The notes beneath the pieces are model-generated. The model was not told where the DNA came from and ran no database searches. It saw nothing but the letters and a program-made list of their open reading frames with translations. Positions 39,290 to 52,842 of a stretch of DNA of 64,000 nt are shown piece by piece (the stretch's first letter is position 1; every line of letters starts with the position of its first letter). Made by a program: the position numbers and the translations under genes. Origin of the DNA: Leucoraja ocellata (lineage: Eukaryota); the NCBI GenBank assembly GCA_036785375.1, contig JAWMAR010000082.1, positions 6,138,001 through 6,202,000 of the forward strand. The letters run 5' to 3'.

Positions 39290-39790
39290 TCTCCTTGTCC
39301 CAAAAAGGAAGGACTTACAATGGACTAGTCTACAGTAAAGAGTCATTAGACTGACTTCTTGGGAGATGGTTCCTTTATATGAAGAGGAATTGAACAGTCA
39401 AGGCCTCTATCCTGTTAGAGTTGATAAGATTGTGACATGACAGCATTGAAATATGATCAATTCTTGGAAGGCTCAACAGGGTAGATGCTGGAGAATATTT
39501 ACCCTCGTTGAGGAATCTAGAAGAAGTCAGAGTCTCAAATTAAGGAGTCTAAAATAAAACAAAATGTCTTCACTCAAAGGAAGGTGAAACTTTTAAATTC
39601 TGTACAGGAGGACTTTTGGGCCCTTGCCATTGATTGCATTCAAAGTATAGATTGCTAGATTGCTAGATATTAACGGAATCAAGGGATAGGAGGGCAGAGA
39701 AGGAAAATGGTATTCAAACCATGGTTGTTTTGGATGGTGGAGCAGGCTCAAGGGGGTGAATGGCCTTCCCTTGCTTCTATTGCTTATGTT
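39290..39790 (+). mobile_element. Degenerate CR1 3' fragment
   Basis: agggtagatgctggagaatattt...cttcactcaaagg...ggaatcaagggata...ggtggagcaggctcaagggggtgaatggcct...cttatgtt. Confidence 0.7.
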
Positions 39791-42700
39791 GTTACCTTCT
39801 TAAAACTTTACAATTTGTGCCATAGTAGAGATTCTGGGTTAGTGTTTAAAATCTTCTCCAATAAACACAACCTTGCACCACTAACGCTCTCTAATATAAA
39901 TTATTTTACTCATGAGAAAGACTGCCTAAGTTATTCAAACATGTAGTTTATTTTGGCTAATGTTCCTTTGGCAAAGAAGAAACAACTTCCTGAGAGCACT
40001 CTTTGCTCCATGCTATATGTACGATGATCATTTCATGTGAAAGACAATCTCAGAAGCAAGCATTGAGTGGTCAAAGAGTTAAAAAAATTTAAGTGCTGAA
40101 TATGGCACTTCATCGAAAGAAGGACAGCTTTGGTATGGTCTTCCACAAGGCCAATGATTGATATCTTCCATTTGCTTATGTCACAAAGACTTGCTTTTTG
40201 CATTCACATTTAATCCGCTGGTGACCTTTAGCATGTGCAGCAAAGTTACTCTGGTAAGCCAGTACCTGTTTTAGTTGTTTTAGGCATGAAACCAAGAACT
40301 GCAGATATTTAAGCTGCCTTCTCAAATGCAAGATGCCAAAAATCACTTATCCAATGTCAAGAGTTCAGCTTTGCAGCCTGTGATGTCACCCGAGCCCCTT
40401 CAATGGGCAGCAGCCTTGTAACTCGCTCCTACATGTTACCAGTGAAAAGTCGAGCCTGTCACTTGAACCAACATGACCTTTTGAATCTATAGTGCACGTG
40501 TAACAAAGGTAAGAAAAATTAGCTCTGTTGTTGTCAGTAGTGACAAGAAAATTTGTTCATCAGAAGTACCTTCTTATTATTGAAAGACATGGTTTTCATG
40601 CTACTAGAGCCAAAGAAAATCATATCATAGTCTCGAAAAGACATACCTATTATTTTTCAGTGATATATTGCTTTTCAGCTGTAGCCAAAACAATCTAATA
40701 ACCACTATTAGATAAAGGATTCTGAATATAAATATATTGAATTGTAGTGAGAGAAAATGAACATATTGCAGCACTTCTGTCAAAATGGGTTAGGCTTTTG
40801 TGTCTCTCTTTCTTTAATAAATGCAGATCAAAAGACTTCAGTTATGTAAAAATAATAAAAATTCTAGCGATATGAAATAACACGACCACTTTGTAACATT
40901 GTGAAGGAAGGAAGCACAAATATGCTGCACTGCATACAAATAGCATTAAAGGTACATCGGCATCCCGGGAAAGCTTCCAACCATACATTTATATTCATAG
41001 CAGGTTCAAAAAATCCTAGAACAATGCTAGCTATCTAGTCACCATAAAGCATTCAGCCATTTACAGTGTCACTTATGACAGCTTTGATAGACATATACTA
41101 TATAAGAAAAATATCTTATAGTGCACAGTTCGTTTAATAAATTGATTAAACTTCTCCTCAGCCAATTGTTTTCGTCTTAAACACATTCTTAAACATCACC
41201 TGAAGAAACAGATTGGGCTGGTTGGTAAAGGCTACAGCGAAGAGACAGTTTAATCGAGGGCCTAACATTTGAGTACTGTCAGAATATTGCCCCAAATGAT
41301 AAATGATTGTATAATGCAACAGTCTACTGCTAGTGTTGAATTATATTAGCCATCAGTGTTCAAAATCCATTTTAAACTTAATTGTGCTATGATAGCTGTA
41401 TCCCCCAGTCAGCAGAACAGCAGGTTTATAAAAATCATCTTCTATGATTGTTAAATGCTTTCCTAATGAAGCTGATGATCACAACATTCCACAGTAAATG
41501 CTTCTGTCAGCCTGTCATACTCATATGATAGTGGCCCCTATAGTGAATAAGAGTGTGTGTGATTTGAGTTTATATCAAAGGCACGAAACTCAAAAGATCT
41601 GCCTGCATATGTAAGATAATCTCATGAAAAGGAAAATGTCATATATTAAAATGGGATTATTAGCCAGGCACAATCACACAGCTCTGCAATTCCGCGGTAC
41701 ACATACATAGCTCTGACCAATCGTACAAGGATATAATTGAGGGCTGTAAAACTTAATTCAGAAAAATCAATAAAATATAAAAGCAATCAGATAAGACCTC
41801 TTAAGAAATCGATCAACTCTTGTACAAAATCATAATGTGTTTTCCTAAGAGAAAAGAAGCTAAATGAAGCAGAGAAACCAACATAAAATCCCACAACCAG
41901 CTTTCACGGGGACTTATGAACTGGGAAAGGAAGAAGAATGAAATATATAATTATTCTCTACATTTCTAAAGTCATGTTCTGCAAATTGTAGGTGTACATG
42001 CTTTGTTTTTAATAATCAGAATAAGGTAACCATGACTATAGTGATGACTATTATTTTTAATACTAACACTAACATTGCAGCGTTTAACTCACCTGATCAT
42101 TACTTTCTTGTCCCAGGGCCAATTAAAATAACCGATATTGAATCTTGCTTTGAATATCATCCTCCATTTTGGGCTGTAGTTATCTTTGCAAATAAAAAAA
42201 AGGAAACAATGTGGGATGGTTTTCAATCAAGCAAAACATATATTATCTTTGCTTGTGTATAAATGGTAAAAGACCAACAAAGAAAATAAACAGGATTCAA
42301 ATTATTGGACCAATTAAGCAGCTAGCAACTCCGTATTGATTACAATTACCAGATTACCCAATGTCACCGTGGAACCTTTGACGCATGCAAGGTGACCATT
42401 GAACCGTTTGTTTTTACATTTGACCAAAAATAATTGAGGCTACATCTGAATTTACAAATATCATGATTCTATTTTTTTTACCTTATTTGAATTTTTTTTT
42501 TTAAATGAGATAGTGCGGCTTTCATTGTTTTTTTTTTAATGATAAGCACAATTTGTCTATGAATCTGTAAATATAAATACAACAAATTTATTTTCAAAGT
42601 ACACAAATAAAACATTTATTTATTATTCAGCTTGCCAGTTTATTATATAATCAAAGCAAATTTAAAAATAGGTATTATCCACAATTATCTTAATGGCAGG

Positions 42701-44625
42701 AGTGTCAGTAGATGTTATATGTACATGCACTTTCCAAACTCACTCATCACATATATTTTGGGATTATAAACTTGTACAAAGTAACATTTACCCTGCATCA
42801 CTGAGTAGACAAACAAAATGATACTGAACAAACCTTAGTCTGCTATTAGACTGAGCCTTTATAGCCGAAGGCCATAATCTGACACAGATTGAGCCCAGTA
42901 CAGTAGTCAATTAATGGCTCACTGCTCATACAATAATGACCTACTAACCTGAGCCTGTGTTGCTCTCACATTTTGCTGTCCCTTGGGACACCACTGTCAC
43001 TGTGTTATCTATTGCCTTCTTCCCCATCAAAGAAATAAGCTTGGCTGAAATGTATAAGCATCAAGCTAGTTCATTGCACACCAGCCCCAGTCACTGGAGG
43101 GACAATAGATTTATAAGTTTATCCTACATTAAACCAAACATGCCTGACTGCACTGTAAATTACTAAATAATAAACCTGGCTGTGTAAAATCTTGACTTGG
43201 AAAGAATATAAAAATCCATCAAACTGTATAGGACTATAACCATAAATGTGCTATGTATCTGGTGACACAGGTATTATGACATCTCTAACATCATTGACTT
43301 ACAGTGTATCTTCAGAGTAATGTATTTAATAGGTTAAAATAGTTTCATTCATGAATTTGATTAGTTCAGCAAGAGTGAGGCATCATAAATAAAATAATCT
43401 GATTGATGTGTCTGGCTTTCAAACTGTGGGAAATTGCTTGAATTGTATTTTGATAAAGTTAAGAAGCAACAGTTATTTAATGAATTGTACAATAATGACA
43501 GCAATATTCATTTGGAAATGTTTATTGACTCAGTCAAGGTTTACACTGAAAAATGCATGAGATAAACCAGTATCATCCATACAAACAGGATGAAGATAAT
43601 AGTCAGCCTTTCAAATTTATTTCAGCATTTGTAAACAAATGATCCCCTTCCAACAACAGAGCATTTAGCTGCAATGGCACGCCACTTGCTGAATCAGTGC
43701 ATAGTCGAGCACCGTAGTGCAAAATTAATCGTAATAGTGTACAATGGCATCTTGGCAGTTATCTATACTGGTGCACGGCTAGCTGCAAGAGGGTGCGGCT
43801 TCGTGCAAAATGAATTGAATTTCAGTACAAGTAGTGGAATTTATGATGATGTTTGTCTTCCCCTGTTTTGTGGAATTTGGAATTCTGATACTCTGGGCCA
43901 GTGGACGCAGAATGGGGGGTGTGCGCACTATTACCATTGACAATACTGATACCCCATTCCTGAACCTAAGATGGGCCTTATTGCCAATGGTTGCAAATCA
44001 GAACAAGTGAAGAGTGCATTTTCCTACAACATTTAAAAATAATCTTACATGTGCTGTTTCATTACACATAATCAACCTGCTTCAATACAAGACAGAGTCA
44101 ATCTCGCAAAACTGAAATTTGAAGCAACAACATCTGTCGAGTTATTCAGTCTGCTGTTCATTGCATTCAATTCAGTCCTATGCAGAAGTAACTTGGAAAG
44201 TATGTGCCAGCATAAAACAATGGATGAGAATCTATTCACATCCAAAAATATTTAAGATTAAGTTCCAAGTAAGTGTCTGATAAGAAATATACATTGGTTG
44301 TAAAGGACAACACCCTACCTTTGATTGGCCAGGCTTGAGGCTTGGAAACAAAACCAGTAATTAATAAAGTGGATTGGAATTTGGGTTTGAGAGGTTTGTC
44401 ACCCATTCCAAGTAACATCTTGGAATCATTATAAAGTCTACACATAGTCAACATTATAACTCAATTTTATACAAAGGACATGAACTCTACTTTATAACAC
44501 GTGGTTTATTTCACCAACAGAGCAATAAACATCTGATTTTTTTTTCAGTATTAGCCTCACCCTTGTCTAAGGTTTAGTAGCTGTGGAATAACAAAATCTT
44601 TTAATTTTATTTTCCATTTTAACAG

Positions 44626-44775
44626 GAGGGCAAACTGACCAAGTTACACAAGAAGCAAAGTTAAAATGGTTGCTCACACATGTGTCCCAGACTTTACTGG
44701 AATCCCGGGCCAGAGCCGAGAAAGTGAAGACAGATGAACATTTCATGAGACCAAAAGATGAGAGTTTGCAGAAAG
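44626..44775 (+). CDS. Probable internal coding exon (150 nt, phase 1-1) of an unidentified long-intron gene
   Basis: Strong acceptor ttttattttccattttaacag| and donor AAG|gtgtga. The length is divisible by 3 and only one frame is open: xGQTDQVTQEAKLKWLLTHVSQTLLESRARAEKVKTDEHFMRPKDESLQK. GC is higher than in the flanks, which are repeat-poor. Confidence 0.7.
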
Positions 44776-45701
44776 GTGTGAAAAACACTATGATTTTGAG
44801 AGAGAAATAATGAATCTTTTAAACTATTAAACCACAGTCAATCATGATGTATAAATTGCAATAAGAGTCACAGACTAAGAGTTATAGAGTCATAAAGATA
44901 CAATAATAATTGCAAAACTCAAAATAATGTTTATTACATATTTTTCTCACAAGCTTATTTTTAAGTATGACACAAAAGATATTTGGATGCACAGAGTGGC
45001 TACTAATTGTTGCATTGCTTGTCAAGGTAATAAAAAATGTAATAGTGTGTAGAATGTTTAATTATCGGTTTGTGTCAGTTCACCATATGAGTAATATCAC
45101 ACCAACTCGCCACACTCATTTAGCATGCCTCGATTTCCTTTTTTAACAGATGAAAGCTGTGCTCTAATACTAATACATCACTTTATTTAATATTATAAAT
45201 ACTGTTTGTATGAAGGTCATGATCCACACCATACATTGGAACGTATGAATAAGATTACAGATTGAACAATTATCAATCAACATTTAATTTTAAGTTTCCT
45301 TGTTTTAATTATTTCACTGATATATTTGAATTAATGGAATCATCAAATGAATTGAACTATTGTTTCAATCGCATACAACAGAGATGGAATACAGCACAAA
45401 ACAAAGGATCAAAGCTTACCAATGATTATATTCAAATTATAATATATCTATTATACTTTTCAGAGATAAAATGTTTCTATAGAATTTTCAGAGGGTGCAT
45501 TCGTTTATCATTAACAAGTTAGATGGAAAACTGACTGCATTTAAATTAATATCCCGCCAAACTTTAATACATCTTTTTATCATTAATAAGGATTTGAATC
45601 TTTATAAAATTCTTTGATATCATTGATATCAGCATCCATTATATGAGCACTATCAGTATTGCGAATTCTTGGGCTATTGTTCAAGACTTCTTTATCGGAT
45701 T

Positions 45702-45818
45702 GTGTGGAGTGTGTGGGTGTGTGCACGTGTGTGTGGACATATGCATGTGTATGAATGAGTGAACACGTGCATTTATGTACTTGTGAATGTGGGCAGTGGG
45801 AGTGTGTGTGTGCGTGCA
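45702..45818 (+). repeat. Degenerate (TG)n/RY microsatellite
   Basis: gtgtggagtgtgtgggtgtgtgcacgtgtgtg...gtgtgtgtgtgcgtgca. Confidence 0.8.
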
Positions 45819-46689
45819 TTGGAAGAGATGGAATTCACATTTAGTGAATAAATAAATAATTTGGGCTATGAATCATTCAAATCCTTAAGGATTATTGGCT
45901 AATTAGGAGTACAGAAATGTAAATTTGCCTCGTGTCAGATTTAGAGGATCAGAACAATAACATAATTGACTTGTGAACAAATAAAAGGCAGTTGCCCATA
46001 GATAATAGGCAATATATAGTTGTTCTTCACATCTGTAGCAAAAATATGTACAACACAATGGTATTTATTAATTTATGTATGAATGCTGCAGAAGACAATG
46101 GTGCTCACAAATTAAAACATTTATATACATTAATAATGAACTAAGCCAATCATTTATATCCTAACTCAGATTTAACAAGAAATTGTAGATGCATATAACC
46201 CCTCACAACATTAATATATCAGGTCTGAATCTAAAACCCACTTAGGTCTGCTGATATTGGTTGTAGTTTTGATTGAGTGCAGCACCAGGATCTAATGGCA
46301 AAGTTTCAGGAATGTAGAGCTGAAAGCCTGCTGGCTGTCTAGCTCCAGAGTGTTGTCTTACTTGAGCATGTGCCTTCAGTGGGGAAGGTCAATTCTAGAG
46401 TAGCTCCAGGCAATGTGTTCAGACCGACCTTGTTCTTGGTCTTTGTAAATGGCATTGAACATTAGTGTACTTTTGAAATTGATATGTTTACATATGGTGC
46501 CACGATTTATCAAACCAAGTCCTGCAGCAATAGCATAAGTGTGGTTGTTTTCATCAACAACCTAAAAGCTATCAAGGACAGAGCACCATAGTAGTTTGCA
46601 GGATTCTAGCTTCAAAACACCACATCACTTGCCTTCCAAGGAAAACAAAAATGAATATATTCTATTGATGATAAAGAACTAGAGGTCTT

Positions 46690-47350
46690 CTTCTTAAGCA
46701 GTCCCTGGAGATTAGAAAATATCTCTGGTCAGTGGGTTCCATGGTGGCAGATGAGGCCAATGTGGGAACTGCAGATAGATGGAGTAACTCAGTAACAAGC
46801 AGCATCTCTGGATAGAAGGAATGGGTGAGATTACGGGTCGAGGCCCTTCTTCAAACTGAACATCAGGAGAGAGGAAATTACAGAGGTGAGGAAGTGTAAG
46901 AGATCAAAAGAGTTGCAGATGAAGGAACATGTAGACCATTGTTAGCTTGAAGAAGGTGACAACAAAGCAAACAGAGATATAATGTAATCAGAGGGACAGT
47001 CAGACTGGTCGGAGAACTGGGAAGGGGAAGGAATGAGAGAGAGGGAGAGCAAGCCCAAGCGAGATATGAGGTGCTGTTCCTCCAACTTGCACTGGGCCTC
47101 ACTGCAGACTTCCACCAAGGGGGCAAGCAATGCCTGATAAGATGGGTAGATGGGTAACCACACTATCTTCTGCCTGAGCCTCTGCATGCTTCTAATATGT
47201 GTCCTCAAAGTTCTCAATACTATTCTGAGTGCTTCTGCTCCACTCCTGGACTAGACTTTCTTATGTGTTCATGCAGATATGTCTTTCAGAACATCACGTC
47301 CTTAAATCTCTTCCTCTGGTGACCTCCTCCCATGACAGAGTGCATAATAT
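46690..47350 (-). mobile_element. Degenerate RTE-clade LINE 3' fragment split by a Penelope piece
   Basis: The reverse complement of 47290-47345 gives LCHGRRSP...KRFKD (RTE ORF C-terminal motif). The 3' UTR-like cttcttaagcagtccct is at about 46693. Confidence 0.55.
46762..47105 (-). mobile_element. Penelope-like element 3' end (GIY-YIG C-terminus, 3' UTR and terminal repeat)
   Basis: ORF 46942-47217 contains CSEAQCKLEEQHLISRLG. It is followed by a pyrimidine-rich UTR and the tgaagaagggcctcgacccg motif. Confidence 0.8.
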
Positions 47351-47407
47351 TCATGTTTATACTCGACCATCTGAAACTGAAAGGAGCATTGTGAGTGCAA
47401 CCTCGTA

Positions 47408-48220
47408 GTTTAGCTTAGTTTGGTTTATTATTGTCATGTGTAATGAGGGGCAGTGAGAAACTTTTTGTGGCTTGCTATCCAGTCGGGGAAAAGATTCTAC
47501 ATAATTACAATCAAGCAGTCACAGTGTACAGATGCAGATTAAAGTGTGTAATGTTTAATGCAAGATAAAGTCCAATAAAGTCCAATTAAAGATAGTCCAA
47601 AGGTCTCAAATGAGGTAGATGGGAGGTCGGGACTGGATGGAGAGAGGATGGTTCAGTTGCCTCATAACAGCTGGGAAGAAACTGTCCCTAAATCTGGACG
47701 TGTGCATTTTTAAACTGTTGTATCTCTTGCCTGATGGGAGAAAGTAGACGACGGACTGACTGGGGTGTGACTGCTCCTTAATTATGCTGCTACCCTTGCC
47801 GAGGCAGCGTGAAGTGCAGATGGAGTCAATGGAAGGGGGATACGTTTGTGTGTTGATCTGGGCTACGTCCACAATTCTCTGCAATTTCCTGCAGTCTTGG
47901 ATGGAGCTATTCCCAAACCTTGCTGTGATGCATCCTGATAAAATGCTTTCTATGGCGCATCTGTAGAAGTTGGTGAGAGTTTTGGGGGGGACATGCCAAA
48001 CTTCCTAAGCATTCTAAATAAGTATAGATGTTGGTGTGCTTCCTTAGCCTTTGCTTTGATGTAGCTGGCCCAGGATAAATTGCCGGTGATATTTATTGCT
48101 AAGAACTTGAAACTTTCAACCCTCTTTACTTTAGTGTCATCAATGTATACTGGTGTGAGTGTGCTACATCACTTCCTGAAGTCGATCATAATCTCATTTG
48201 CCCTGCTAACATTGGGGGAG
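47408..48220 (-). mobile_element. Rex1/Babar LINE 3' portion
   Basis: ORF 47606-47884 reads LQRIVDVAQ...SHPS...LPSGKRY...TSRFRDSFFPAVMRQLN. Upstream is a VESFKFL remnant, and the element ends in a (ctaaa)n tail. Confidence 0.9.
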
Positions 48221-48794
48221 ACCTCGTACATAGAGGCCTACTGACAAATCTGACCACTTTAAACTCCCACTCCCCTCCCCCCATACCCACACCCCCAGAT
48301 AACCAAACTCCCAATTACAGGCATGGTTCACTATGAAATGAATAAATGAATGAATACTTTATTGTCACATGTGACAAATCACATAAAGGACGCCGACCAA
48401 GTATGCCTCAGGTCCTCCTTGTCCACCCCTCCCCACCCCTCTTCATGGTGGTTTTCCCACGCCGGATCCTCCTTGGTGCAGTTTATCTTATAAATGGATT
48501 AAATAAAAAGTTAGCGTTCTTTATGCTCTGTACTGGAGGTCACACGATCGCATCTTCTACCCGTATATCAATATATATTCTGGTTGAAGGAAATAGTTGA
48601 GTACCATTGGGTGCTTGATGGACAGCACTGCTTTGTAGCCACATTGCCTGGTTCTGCACTGTATCACTCTGTGACTATGATTCCATGAAATAGCAGCATA
48701 TTACTTTCTACATGTCATGACAGTGCAGTGGAGATACTCTGGCATCTGTGGAAATCCAGATTTTTGGAACCACCTACCTTGGGGAGTGGGTGGA

Positions 48795-48860
48795 AAGGAG
48801 TGTAAGCGTTGTCCTTTCAGCTCTGGGATCCAAGTTTTGAATCCACCCAGACGGGAGCAA
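48795..48860 (+). mobile_element. LF-SINE-like head fragment
   Basis: cctttcagctctgggatccaagttttgaatccacccagac resembles the LF-SINE tRNA-derived head (cctttcacctctagg...gggttcgaatccagcccagg, from memory). Confidence 0.35.
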
Positions 48861-49313
48861 ATTCTTCCCCGACAGATGTAGATATCCTGAGTGATATCAT
48901 CGTTTCTTTAGACTTTCAATGCAACCTCAGGTTCAGCCAGATTGCTCGGGCAGCGCAGAGATTATTCAGCATTGTAATAAACAAAACATAGAGAAAGCTG
49001 GTAACACTTAGACAGATTTTGTAGACGGGGTTAAGGTATCAGTCCAATGGCATTTCACCAAAGTTCTGTTGGTCACTAATGGGAAAGTAATGAAGTAATG
49101 GAAGGGAAGTGTTAGGGATGGTCCACATGGAAAATAAAGGAGGGATGGATGTAAGAAGGAAAGTTAACAAAAGTTCCCAATGAAACGAAGAGAAGAAAGT
49201 GCCCCTGAATCAGTCCTTAATGAACTAGAAGAATTATCCAAGTAGGGGACTTGTGTTAGTCAGGAAGAATGAAATCCCCAGATATACCACAAGATAACAA
49301 CAAAGTTAGGAAC

Positions 49314-50788
49314 TGTGTAGGAAGGAAATGCAGATGATGGTTTACACCAAAGATACACACAAAATGCTGGAGTAACTCAGGAGGACAGGCCGTATCTCAG
49401 GAGGAAAGGAATAACTGATGTTTCAGTTTGAGATCCATCTTCATTCTGAGTTGGAGGAGAGGGAAACTAGAGACATTAAAAGGTACAGAACAAATCAGGG
49501 CCAACACCAATGACCATGGAAATGTGGAGCACACAATGGTTGATTGTTGCGTGTGGAAGAGGTGATAACGAAGGGACACAAACGGTGAAACTAGCAAGAT
49601 GGCTAGGGTGGAGGAGCAACGGAGAGAGAGAGAGAGAATGCCAGGGTTACAAAATTAGAGAAATCAATATTCATACCACTGGGTTGTAAGCTGCCCAAGT
49701 GAAATATAATGTGCTGTTCCTTCAATTTGCGTGTGACAATAGATAATAGACAATAGACAATAGATGCAGGAGTAGGTCATTCAGCCCTTTGTGCCAGCAC
49801 CGCCATTCACTGTGATCATGACTGATCGTCCACAATCAGTACCCCGTTCCTGCCTTCTCCCCAAATCCCTTGACTCCTCTATCTTTAAGAGCTCTATCTA
49901 AATCTCTCTTTAAAGCATCCAGAGAATCGGCCTCCACTGACTTCTGAGGCTGAGAATTCCACACATTCACAACTCTCTGGGTGAAAAAGACTCCCCCAAC
50001 ATCGGGAACATGTTTCCTGCCTCCAGTGTTCCAATCCCTTAATAATCTTATATGTTTCAATAAGATATCCTCTCATCCTTCTAAACTCCAGTGTATAGTA
50101 GCCCAATCGCTCCGTTCTTTCAACATATGACAGTCCCGCCATCCCGGGAATTAACCTCGTGAACCTACGCTGCATTCCCTCAATAGCAAGAATGTCCTTC
50201 CTCAAATTTGGAGACCAAAACTGCGCACAATACTCCAGGTGTGGTCTCACTAGGGCCCTGTACAACTGCAGAAGGACCTCTTTGTTCCTATATTCAACTA
50301 CTCTTGTTATAAAGGCCAACATGCCATTCACTTTCTTCACTGCCTGCTGTACCTGCATGCTTACTCTGTGACTGATATACAAGGACACCCAGATCTTGTT
50401 GCACCTCCCCTTTTCCCAACCTGCCACCATTCAGATAATAATCTGCCTTCCTGTTCTTGCCACCGAAGTGGATAACCTCACATTTATCCACATTAAACTG
50501 CATCTGCCTTGCATCTACCCACTCACTCAACCTGTCCAAGTCACCCTGTGTACTCATAGCCTCCTCCTCACAGTTTACACTGCCACACAGCTTTGTGTCA
50601 TCTGCAAATCTGCGAATGTTACTTTTAATACCTTCATCTAAATCATTAATGTATATTGTAAATAGCTGCGGTCCCAGCACCAAGCCTTGCGGTACCCGAC
50701 TAGTGTGGCCTCTGACAGTGGAGGAGGCCCAAGAGAGAAAGGTCAATATAGGAATGGGAAGTGGAGTTAAAATGTTTGGCAACCGGGA
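49314..50788 (-). mobile_element. Penelope-like element 3' end, split by a CR1 insertion
   Basis: 50699-50788 translates PVAKHFNSTSHSYIDLSLLGLLHCQ and 49648-49737 continues TRKLKEQHIIFHLGSLQPSGMNIDFSNF (GIY-YIG C-terminus). The UTR and terminal repeat run to 49314. Confidence 0.85.
49738..50698 (-). mobile_element. CR1 LINE 5'-truncated copy (same subfamily as 6361-6990)
   Basis: VPQGLVLGPQLFTIYINDLD...FADDTKL...LYRALVRPHLEYCAQFWSP, with an (agacaat)n tail and frameshifts. Confidence 0.93.
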
Positions 50789-52134
50789 TTGTATTGCAAA
50801 CTGTATTGGTTACCATAGCTTTTATTTGGAAAAATTGAATGGAATTCAGGAAAAACTATTCAACATAGAAGTATTTTCAGCCAAGCAGAAGAGGGTGGTG
50901 TCAGCTAAACCTGGCTGTAGTGTTTTAGGACTGCAGTTTCTGTGGCTCTGCAGGAAACAAGACAGACAGTTTGTGCGCAGGAAGCTCCCACACACCATCG
51001 AACATCTTTGTTTCATGTTACATGGAGTGAGGAATAATCATCGCCCTGGAAAGCAGGCCAACATATCTGGGGAACTTGTCAGCCTTCAGCCTCATTATTT
51101 TCAGTGCACCATTTTTCTGGCAATAGAGATTATTTCAAGTTCCTCCCTTCCCATAGCCCCTTGATTACCTACTTTTATTGGAATGTCTTTCTGTGTTTTC
51201 TACCATACAATGGAAAATAATTACTTGAAACCGCTGCCATTTCTCTCTTTCCAATTCTCAATTCCCCTGTCTCACCCTCTAAAGGATTTATGTTAGCTAC
51301 TCTATTCCCTTTACTTTTTTTTAAACTTTCTTCCCTCTTTTCTATTTGTTCTTTCTTTTATGACGGCGGCCTCTATTATTAATCTCCAAGCCCGCGGAAA
51401 TAGGTTCTCTCAATCCATCATTACGCCTTATTATCTCGAAATTTCAGCCAGTCAGCCCAAAACATTATAGATTCAATGAAACATAACCCCAGTTTATGCA
51501 GCTACGCCTCAAAATTTAACCCATGGCACATTTTGCACAATTCCATTGCATCCTTTCTACAAGGTGACCTCCAGAGTTTCTCAAAGTATTCCAGATATGG
51601 TCTAACCAGACCCAGATATTTTTGTGGCATAACGTCTACTGATTCATAATCCAGTTATGAGGCATAATGAGGATTCCAATAGCCTTATTATTTTCTGTAC
51701 CTGTGTCTGACATTTTAATGATCATTGCATGTGACCGCTTCAGGTCTCCTTGAACCTCTCCTGCTTCCATTCAAAATGAAGACTTGGGTTTTCCAGAAAA
51801 GGTTCACAGCATATGTATGATTCATGTTTTAAATTTCAAATATTTATCTCTCAAAGAAAGTCAGAGAGCTGGCTATAATTAATCTCCGAATATCTCTGCG
51901 GTCTCCCAAGCTGCAGGATAGAGTAGACAAAAAGTTAAACATTCCACTCAAACTCAAGTAGATGGGGTATTTTTTAAAACAAACATGTAATGAAGCAAAA
52001 TAATGTATCAAAGGTTCACGGCTTTGTAATACAAAACAAATGCAATTTTAGAATAGCCGTGAAATATTAATATTAAAAATGAAGCAAGAATATGGCCTTG
52101 TGTAATGCTGATAATACTCACCATTGACCAGACT

Positions 52135-52228
52135 TTAGACACAAAATGCTGAAGTAACTCAGCGGGCCAGACAATATCTTTGGAGAAAAGGAATAGGTGA
52201 CATTTTGGGTCGAGACCCTTCTTCAGAC
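52135..52228 (-). mobile_element. Penelope-derived short repeat
   Basis: tagacacaaaatgctgaagtaactcagcggg...ttttgggtcgagacccttcttcagac. Confidence 0.75.
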
Positions 52229-52268
52229 AAAACCAATCTCCCATGGTTCCAACTCTCCAGTTACCTGA

Positions 52269-52842
52269 AGGGCCTGTCCCACTTGGACAAACTAATCCAA
52301 GTGTTTAGAAGACCCTAGACAAGTTGAAAAAAATGGCAAGGTCGTTTTGACTCGCCGAAGTAAAAGACCTCTTACGACCTCCTACGACTATGTCTACGAA
52401 CTCCTACGACCCCCCTCGACCTCAGTCTTCCACACCTAAGACCAACTGCGACTACCTACGAGGAGAAAATGATCACATGATAAAATTATGTCATGTTTGC
52501 ATTTTTTTCCTCGGGCCAGTTACCGACCACTGACTATCTACGACTATCTATGACTACCATCACGACCTACTACGACTTACCTACGATCTACCTACAAGTA
52601 AAAAGTGTTAATTTTTTCCATGCCAACCTTTTTTTTACTCGTGGACATTTTTTATCAGGCTGGAAAAAACGCTGCGACCTACTTGAGGTCACGAATACGC
52701 GGAGACCACTCACAAGCACGAGGAAGAGTTACAAAGACCTCCTACGACCTCCTACAACCTCGTGACGACCATGCTGCAGGCATGAGCCAAGGGCAAACTC
52801 GGCAGAGGTCGCCAATTAGGTCGTGAAAGTGGGACGGGGCGT
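52269..52842. mobile_element. PIF/Harbinger-type MITE with internal CTACGAC repeats
   Basis: Left end agggcctgtcccactt and degenerate right end aagtgggacggggcgt. Many (c)tacgacc/t repeats; CpG-rich. Confidence 0.75.

Noticed and set aside
43731-43934. Inverted repeat gtaatagtgtaca / tgcgcactattac
   Set aside because: Only 13 bp with mismatches, about 180 bp apart, and no TSD. Possibly an old transposon, but not supportable.
50457-51164. 235-aa + strand ORF
   Set aside because: Runs antisense through CR1 and Penelope remnants into unique sequence, with no coherent protein.
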